From: Bacteroidaceae bacterium
GTDB lineage: Bacteria; Bacteroidota; Bacteroidia; Bacteroidales; Bacteroidaceae
Assembly: GCA_017617575.1 (NCBI GenBank)
Contig: JAFZVY010000048.1
Span: forward strand, 12,963-76,962
DNA: 64,000 nucleotides
Direction of reading: 5' to 3'
Each line of letters starts with the position of its first letter. Position 1 is the first letter of the stretch. Positions 57,674 to 64,000 of this stretch are shown piece by piece. Made by a program: the position numbers and the translations under genes. The notes under the pieces were generated by a model. That model was not told the DNA's origin. It saw only the letters and a list, made by a program, of their open reading frames with translations, and ran no database searches.

Positions 57674-59053
57674 ATGACAACAAAATATATCGGAGTCGTG
57701 TTCCTGACTCTCAGCATAATGCCTGCCAAGGCACAGGAAAGCAAGACTTGGACACTCGAGTCATGCGTCAACTATGCGGTTGAACACAACCTGACCATCA
57801 AGCAGCAGGAAGACAATGTGGAACAACAACGCATATCACTCAGTACTGCCAAGAACAGTCGTCTGCCTGACCTCAATGGTTCGATAGGACAGAACTTCAA
57901 CTTCGGTCGTGGTAACAGTTCGGACAACGTGACTATCAGCGGTAATGTACAGTCAACCAACTTCGGACTCAATACGAGCGTTCCCCTCATCACTGGTGGA
58001 CGTATTCCTGCCGAGATAAAGGTGCGCTCACTCGGACTCGAAGCAGCACTTGCCGACCTCTCCAAGGCACGCGAGAGCGTAGCCCTACAGGTCATCTCTG
58101 CCTATCTCGAAGCCATCTACCAGCAGGAACTTGTGGAGGTGGCACGCCGACAGGTGGAACTGTCAGAGGCACAGGTGCGCCGTTCGCAGTTGCTCTACGA
58201 TAACAACAAGACATCGGCAGCCGACCTTGCACAGATAAAGGCACAGAAGGCTAATGACGAGTCATCACTCGTCAGTCAGGAGAACAACTATCAGCTTGCG
58301 CTCCTTAATCTCAGCCAGTTGCTCGAACTTGATAAGGCAGAAGGTATGACCCTCAGCAAGCCTACAGAGACAAGCATATCTGGTATCGTGCTTCCAGTTC
58401 CCGACATCGTATATAGCGAGGCACTCGGCATCAAGCCACAGATAGCAGCCGAAGAGCTACGCCTCAAGAGTGCACAGAAGAACGTGACCATCGCACGCAG
58501 TGCCCTCTATCCTTCACTCAGTCTCTCAGCAGGACTTAGCAGCGGCTACTACTCAAGCGAGTACAACTACGTACCACGTGAATATACCGATGCCAACGGC
58601 AAGAAGCAGGTGACAATGGTACCCGGCGACCGTGTAGCCTTCGGCACACAGTTGAAGAACCACTTCAACAAGTACATCGCGCTCAACCTCTCCATTCCTA
58701 TCTTCAATCGTTTCCAGACACGCAACAACATACGTGCAGCAAAGCTTCAGGTACACACACAGGAGATACAGCTTGAGCAGACACGCAAGACCCTCTACAA
58801 GGAGATTCAGCAGGCTTACTACAATGCTCTCGGAGCACAGCGCCAGTGTTCAAGTTCTGCGACTGCCCTCTCTGCCTCACAGGAGTCCTTTGCACTCATG
58901 AAGAGCAAGTACGAGAATGGCAAGGCTACCCCAACCGAGTTCCAGGAAGCAAAGACCAACCTCATGAAGGCTGAATCAACAGCAATCCAGAACCGTTACA
59001 CATTCCTCTTCCGCCAGAAGATACTTGACTTCTATCGAAAAGGAGTATATTAA
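57674..59053 (+). CDS. TolC-family outer-membrane efflux protein
   Basis: Signal peptide present. LTLESCVNYAVEHNLTIK start and duplicated helical repeats. C-terminal YRKGVY. Confidence 0.85.
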   Translation: MTTKYIGVVFLTLSIMPAKAQESKTWTLESCVNYAVEHNLTIKQQEDNVEQQRISLSTAKNSRLPDLNGSIGQNFNFGRGNSSDNVTISGNVQSTNFGLNTSVPLITGGRIPAEIKVRSLGLEAALADLSKARESVALQVISAYLEAIYQQELVEVARRQVELSEAQVRRSQLLYDNNKTSAADLAQIKAQKANDESSLVSQENNYQLALLNLSQLLELDKAEGMTLSKPTETSISGIVLPVPDIVYSEALGIKPQIAAEELRLKSAQKNVTIARSALYPSLSLSAGLSSGYYSSEYNYVPREYTDANGKKQVTMVPGDRVAFGTQLKNHFNKYIALNLSIPIFNRFQTRNNIRAAKLQVHTQEIQLEQTRKTLYKEIQQAYYNALGAQRQCSSSATALSASQESFALMKSKYENGKATPTEFQEAKTNLMKAESTAIQNRYTFLFRQKILDFYRKGVY

Positions 59054-59152
59054 ATTGGGAAACTCAAGTTTCGGAAGTAATTCTCTTGTAGGTTTAAGGT
59101 TATCAGGTAGCTACGCTTTCAGGTTTGATACCTGTCTCGCGGTGGAGATGTT

Positions 59153-59329
59153 CAACACAGAGTGCACAGAGGGAACAGAGTTGTTCAAACCATTTTTTTG
59201 CACGAATTATCATGTAATTGACCACGAACCTTTAGCTCGGCGTAGCCAATTATCATAAATGTTTTTTTGATAATTTATGGCAAATTAATGGTAATTCGTG
59301 TTAAAGTATTCTCTGAGGTCTCTGTGTTG
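59153..59329. mobile_element. MITE-like foldback element, copy B (inverted relative to copy A)
   Basis: The reverse complement aligns with copy A along its whole length, with few substitutions and a 9-bp indel near one TIR. The similar flanking stretch CTGTTTCTTTT is retained. Confidence 0.75.
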
Positions 59330-59440
59330 AAAAGAAACAGCGAACAGACTATCGTCTTTTTACTTCCTTTTACTTCTTTTTACTCCATTTTACTACCATA
59401 AATGAGCAAGTTAAAAACTTGCGGAATAATCATCAACTGA

Positions 59441-60997
59441 TTATTTTTCGCTTGTTATAAATGTAGCGAATGGATTGTAGCCGCTGAAACAATCAAGATT
59501 AGGTTGCTGCTCATTCAGCTTAATCCAGCGACTCCAGCCTGTTATCTGGTCAAAGCGGAGTTGTCCATAGGTATCATCGAGGGTAGAGCCCCATGGAGAG
59601 TCTGGCTTTAGTGTTCCGTTTGACATATATTCACAGGTTCCGTCTGCATTATAGAAAACTTGCAATTTTCCTGAATTGTAGCAATAATGTCCCTGACAGC
59701 CAAGCAGTATGCTGTAACCTACAGGCAGGCCGTTCTCATGAAGCCATTTACTTGACTGCTCATAGACAACAGACTTGTAGGAAGCTTCCCAAAGAGCTTC
59801 TGTTGACAACTCTGGCAATTGCTCACATAACGACAGCATGTATTGAAACAAATCATAGTTTGGACGTTGCATTTCGACCTTGTATGCTCCGGCGGTACAC
59901 TTGTCTATCTTAGCTTTCACCTCGGCATCACCGCTTTGGTATGCAGCAATGAGACGGTCGGTAAATGCCCTTAACTCACGTCCAAAGGCATCAAGGTTGG
60001 CAGTGCATGTGATGGTCATATCATGATACACTTCCTCTTTTTGGTATTCTTCTGCTTCCTTGTCCCAATTGTCTATAACAGTCTTGACATACGTGCTCAG
60101 AGCATTCTCCAGATTGTCAGGGTTCTGGCTGAGGATGTTAATAAGAGCAGAGTAGTCGCCTCCTTGACCTGGTACAAGGAAGGTTGACAGGGCAAGATAG
60201 TCGCAGAACGGAGCCAGTTCGAACTGATACTCTATACAATTCATCAGGCAGGCATCCAGATATATGCAGGCTGGACGTACTTTGGCAGCTCTGATAGCCT
60301 GTGCGAGTGTCTTGGCAGTGAAGTGTTTGTCGTTATTTCCACAATCGTATATCACGCCACGAGTTCTTGCTGCGCTGACATTTTCTGACAATTCGCCATC
60401 TGGCTGATAGCCACCACCATGGTCGCTAAGTATGAGGATGTACTTCTTTGCCGGACGTACAGAAGCTGCCCAGTTGATGAAGTTTGTAAGCGAGTCTGGG
60501 TTGGTGATATCAGCATTGTCATCGCCATATACATCTGTAATACCAGGAACAATAGCGATATCTTCATCATCTGATTCCAAGAATGACTTGTCTATCTTGT
60601 CGTCGATAACATAGCGCACACTTTTACCAGCGTAAGGCAAAAGTTTCTTGAGGAAATCCGTGTAGTCAGTAATATTGGAATAGGTTTCCAGATCCTCAGT
60701 TATGTTGTTAGCAGCCGAGTATTTGTAGAGCGCACATACATTGACGTTTTTGTAGCAGTCATCATCGGCACCGTAAAACTCAATCATATCACTGACGAGG
60801 CAGGCGTCAAGATTACCACCGCCATGACCATAATAGATAATGGTATAGTCTGCCAGTTGCTGTGTTTCTTCTGGTTCAATCACAGTAGCGTCATCATCGT
60901 CGCTACATGCTGTAAACATGCTTGTTCCACAAATGAGTATGAAAGTTAATACCCAGCATTTAACATTTCCAGGAAATTGTAATCTGAATTTATTCAT
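59441..60997 (-). CDS. Clostripain-related C11 cysteine peptidase lipoprotein
   Basis: Lipobox SMFTAC. His/Cys dyad contexts ILSDHGGGY and YLDACLMN. The Met at 60997 is preferred to the ORF start at 61060. Confidence 0.8.
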   Translation of the reverse strand: MNKFRLQFPGNVKCWVLTFILICGTSMFTACSDDDDATVIEPEETQQLADYTIIYYGHGGGNLDACLVSDMIEFYGADDDCYKNVNVCALYKYSAANNITEDLETYSNITDYTDFLKKLLPYAGKSVRYVIDDKIDKSFLESDDEDIAIVPGITDVYGDDNADITNPDSLTNFINWAASVRPAKKYILILSDHGGGYQPDGELSENVSAARTRGVIYDCGNNDKHFTAKTLAQAIRAAKVRPACIYLDACLMNCIEYQFELAPFCDYLALSTFLVPGQGGDYSALINILSQNPDNLENALSTYVKTVIDNWDKEAEEYQKEEVYHDMTITCTANLDAFGRELRAFTDRLIAAYQSGDAEVKAKIDKCTAGAYKVEMQRPNYDLFQYMLSLCEQLPELSTEALWEASYKSVVYEQSSKWLHENGLPVGYSILLGCQGHYCYNSGKLQVFYNADGTCEYMSNGTLKPDSPWGSTLDDTYGQLRFDQITGWSRWIKLNEQQPNLDCFSGYNPFATFITSEK

Positions 60998-61120
60998 AAT
61001 ATATAATGCTAAAAAATTAATAATTAAATCTATTGAAATTGTAACAATAATTATGCACACCTACTTACATCGGCAAATATAATAAAATTTTAATTACTAA
61101 TCATTTTTTTTAATTAAATT

Positions 61121-61280
61121 TTCAAGTTTCGGAAGTAATTCTCTTGTAGTAAAGAGAAGTAAGAAGGAGTAAAAAGACATTACCATGTCAGTACATTTTG
61201 GCGAACAGACTATCGTCTTTTTACTCCTTTTTACTCCATTTTACTCCCATAAATGAGCAAGTTGAAAACTTGCGAAACTT
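61121..61280. repeat. Foldback repeat module, duplicated on the other side of the C11 gene
   Basis: The 28-bp TCAAGTTTCGGAAGTAATTCTCTTGTAG (61121-61148) is identical to 59064-59091. 61201-61274 matches 59341-59424. Internal 30-bp arms at 61148-61177 and 61214-61243 pair at 26 of 30 positions. Confidence 0.8.
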
Positions 61281-61820
61281 AAATTAATAACGTGTGGATG
61301 AAGTGAAAAATGAAAGGACAGGTGGTATAATTGCAGATTATTTTCTATCTTTGCCAACAGAATTAATAAATATTTTGACTTTAGCATTTGAAGAAGTTTT
61401 GCGTCAAGGAGTTCTATAAGTTATGACGAATGTCAATCAATGAGTAATTAGCTATTAGTAATGAGTAATAGCCATTAGGGACAGAATATCCAACGGTGGT
61501 GCTTGCCATTCCTAATTCCTAATTTCTCATTCCTAATTATGAGACGTCTTAACTACTTAACTTCTTAACTTCGCAAATCAAAGGATAAAGTCAAGTAAAG
61601 ATGCTTTAGGCAGGTTCTATAAATTAGCTTTGAATGGATTTTGCCTTATTTCCGTGCAGGTTGTCTTGAATAATTGAAGAAGCATAGCGAGCTATGGTTC
61701 AAGATTATGAATGGCAAAATGCAGAAAAGAAGACAAAAGGCAACAAAGGTAATTTCAAAAGAAATTGTAATTAATAGAACATGCCTTAATACTAATTACT
61801 AACTTAACCAATATAAACAA

Positions 61821-63827
61821 ATGAAATTAACCAGACTATTTGCGTTGGCTGTTGCCATGTTGTTATGCGTACCAGGGACGACATACGCACAGCGCAATAT
61901 GAGATTGCGCACCATACCCATTGACAGTATGGTGATGAGTGACCCATGTATCCTTGCAGATGATGCAACACAGATGTACTACATGACAGGTACAGGCGGA
62001 ATGTTGTGGAAGAGTCCTGACCTCAGGATGTGGACTGGTCCTTACCGTGTAGCCGTTACAGATGGCATCAAATGGGCAGGAGAGCGTCCTGAGATATGGG
62101 CAGCCGAACTGCACAAGTATAATGGCAAATATTATTACTTTGCCACATTCACTAACAACAGCATCCGTATAGGCGAGTTCAAGGGCAATGTCATTCCTCG
62201 TCGTGCAAGTCATATCCTTGTGAGCGATAAGGCTGAAGGTCCTTACCGTCCTGTGGGCAAGAGTGATTACCTCCCGGCAGACCGCCCAACACTCGACGGT
62301 ACTTTCTGGGTTGATAAGGACAATAATCCATATATGATATTCTGTGGCGAGTGGTTGGAGAACTGGAACGGTACTATCGAGAAGATTCGTCTCAAGAAAG
62401 ACCTTAGTGCTCCTGTGGGCAAGAGTAAGGTGCTGTTTCGTGCATTCGACTCACCTTGGAGTCGTGAGAAGGATATAAAGGGTAACAACATACCTAACAA
62501 GGTGACAGACGGTCCTTGGCTCTTCCGCACTCAGACAGGTAAGCTCGGAATGTTGTGGACAAGCTGGGTGTTCGGCGACTACACTCAGGGAGTGGCATAT
62601 AGCGAGAGTGGTACTCTTGACGGACCTTGGATTCAGGAGAAGGAACCTATCACTCCTCCAAACTATGGCCATGGTATGCTTTTCCGTACTTTTGACGGAC
62701 GTCTGATGATGTCGGTACATAGCCACGAAAAGGTGAATGGCAGGACACGCCGCGTACCACACCTTTTTCATGTGAACGACTCAGGCGACAAGATAAAGGT
62801 AATAGCACAAGAAGAGAAGATGGAGGCTTACCTCATGGTGTATCACAAAGACCAGGACCACGGCTTGCACATGGCATATTCGGAGGACGGATATACTTGG
62901 ACAGCCTTTAATGACGACAAGCCTATCATAGCAGGAGACACTATTGCCGAGCAGCACGGAATACGCGACCCTCATATCTATCGTGGAAAGGACGGCGCTT
63001 ATTTCCTTGCCATGACCGACCTCCATGTGTTTGGAGTACGTGACGGCTTCCGCAAGACGGAGTGGGAGCGTGACGGCAAGAAGTATGGATGGGGCAATAA
63101 CCGTGGTATGGTGTTCATGAAGTCATACGACCTCATCCACTGGACACACCATGTTATTGACTTTACCAAGTTCCCAAAACAGCAGTATGTCGTTGACGGA
63201 GACACTCTCACCATGAACTGGAGTGAGGTGGGTTGTGTATGGGCACCAGAAACCGTATTCGATGAGGAAGCAGGAAAGATGATGGTTCACTTCACCACAA
63301 GAGAAGGTGTAGGAATGAACACAATATGGTATGTCTATATGAACGACGCATTTGACAAGGTAATCGGCGAACCGCATTTCCTGCTCTCTGCACCAAAGTT
63401 GAAGTATAACATTATTGACTCAGACATCATCAAGGTAGCCGACACATACCACATGTTCTATGTGAGTCACGAACGCGGAGCAACACCAAGACATGCTACG
63501 TCTCAGAAGATTACAGGCCCATACAGGTTAGATGATTATTACTTTGACGGCGAAAGACAGGGACATGAGGCACCTAACTGTTGGAAAAGACTCGATAAGG
63601 ATGCCTCAGAGCCTACTTATGTCGTTATGTTCGACAACTACCACATACGTCCGATGAACTTCGGATTTGTTGAGACAAAGGACTTCTTCACATACAAGCC
63701 TATCGGCTATTTTGACGGCAAGGGTTGCAAGATGAAGCGTACCAACTTCGCCGAGCAGAAGCATGGTGCCGTAACCTACATCACGAAGGAAGAACTTGAA
63801 CGCCTCAAGAAGTATTGGAGCAAGTAA
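61821..63827 (+). CDS. Secreted two-domain glycoside hydrolase family 43-like protein
   Basis: Signal peptide present. N-terminal five-bladed-propeller-like motifs (DPCILADD, WAAELHKYNGKYYYF, DGTFWVD). A second GH43-like half follows (GIRDPHIYRGKDGAYFLAMTD, WAPETVFD, EAPNCWK). Confidence 0.75.
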   Translation: MKLTRLFALAVAMLLCVPGTTYAQRNMRLRTIPIDSMVMSDPCILADDATQMYYMTGTGGMLWKSPDLRMWTGPYRVAVTDGIKWAGERPEIWAAELHKYNGKYYYFATFTNNSIRIGEFKGNVIPRRASHILVSDKAEGPYRPVGKSDYLPADRPTLDGTFWVDKDNNPYMIFCGEWLENWNGTIEKIRLKKDLSAPVGKSKVLFRAFDSPWSREKDIKGNNIPNKVTDGPWLFRTQTGKLGMLWTSWVFGDYTQGVAYSESGTLDGPWIQEKEPITPPNYGHGMLFRTFDGRLMMSVHSHEKVNGRTRRVPHLFHVNDSGDKIKVIAQEEKMEAYLMVYHKDQDHGLHMAYSEDGYTWTAFNDDKPIIAGDTIAEQHGIRDPHIYRGKDGAYFLAMTDLHVFGVRDGFRKTEWERDGKKYGWGNNRGMVFMKSYDLIHWTHHVIDFTKFPKQQYVVDGDTLTMNWSEVGCVWAPETVFDEEAGKMMVHFTTREGVGMNTIWYVYMNDAFDKVIGEPHFLLSAPKLKYNIIDSDIIKVADTYHMFYVSHERGATPRHATSQKITGPYRLDDYYFDGERQGHEAPNCWKRLDKDASEPTYVVMFDNYHIRPMNFGFVETKDFFTYKPIGYFDGKGCKMKRTNFAEQKHGAVTYITKEELERLKKYWSK

Positions 63828-63865
63828 TCTTATCCAATAATTTAGGCTTGTACGGTTGATCTTTT

Positions 63866-63950
63866 TGAAACACGGAGAGCACGGAGGAGGTAATTTTTTT
63901 GAAAACACGAATTACCATTAATTTGCCATAAATTATCAAAAAAATATCGA
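63866..63950. mobile_element. Partial third copy of the MITE-like element at the window edge
   Basis: TIR-like GAAACACGGAGAGCACGGAGG followed by CACGAATTACCATTAATTTGCCATAAATTATCAAAAAAA, which is identical to copy A. The window ends before the element can be completed. Confidence 0.6.
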
Positions 63951-64000
63951 ACTGTACGGTTGAGAACACAGAAATATTAGTGTTTTTTAATCTCCCACAG

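Noticed and set aside
1-64000. Prophage, IS element, integrative element or defence island
   Set aside because: No transposase, integrase, recombinase, restriction, toxin-antitoxin, Cas or phage structural gene could be recognised in any frame. Only non-autonomous repeat elements are present.

Overview
This window reads as a chromosomal segment of a Bacteroidota genome, probably a Prevotella/Segatella-type organism. That placement is inference from three things: gene order (pth-rplY, then long NusB-YajC-YbbR-CoaE, then ZapA-RNase Y), TTTG-N20-TAnnTTTG promoter motifs, and word-repeat-rich intergenic DNA.

I count about 55 credible protein-coding genes. I recognised no rRNA, tRNA, CRISPR array, transposase, integrase or phage gene. 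All protein calls rest on motifs read from the ORF translations and on recalled family knowledge. No search was run.

Gene content, in order:
- 1-10.3 kb: housekeeping genes (hslR-like, pth, rplY, nusB, yajC, coaE, pepC, nhaC).
- 10.5-24.8 kb: a Wzx/Wzy-type surface polysaccharide locus. It holds a small phosphoglycosyl transferase, a Wza-like exporter, glf, Wzz, a flippase, a nitroreductase-fold protein, a polymerase-like protein, a pyruvyl transferase, WbsX, GT4, GT2 and a DUF4886-like lipoprotein.
- 24.9-30.2 kb: an HU-fold DNA-binding gene and a wzi-like/lipocalin-like/wecA-like operon. Each is preceded by an unusual 23-bp-phased repeat array.
- 30.2-32.5 kb: rny-zapA.
- 33.2-37.8 kb: a second polysaccharide module, made of a large phosphoglycosyl transferase divergent from a Wzc-type tyrosine autokinase with a (GY)n tail, plus a small HAD-like protein.
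- 38.2-43.3 kb: a CNNM/CBS protein, a second HU-fold paralogue, and an OxyR-thioredoxin-ferredoxin-C_GCAxxG redox cluster.
- 43.5-50.9 kb: cstA, a GHL10-like protein, an MFS sugar permease and an aminopeptidase P.
- 51.1-59.1 kb: a REC-Fis/HK two-component pair next to a MacB-type ABC/MFP/TolC efflux operon.
- 59.4-63.8 kb: a clostripain-like C11 peptidase and a two-domain GH43-like protein.

I did not find a clear novel protein-encoded system such as a defence island. The most unusual signals are non-coding:
- the 23-bp phased arrays;
- a 41-bp-arm inverted repeat;
- a hairpin that recurs with compensatory stem changes;
- MITE-like foldback elements in inverted orientation around the efflux operon;
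- direct-repeat modules around the C11 gene;
- REP-like elements inserted inside operons.

The tyrosine kinase tail and its HAD-like neighbour are also worth a second look.
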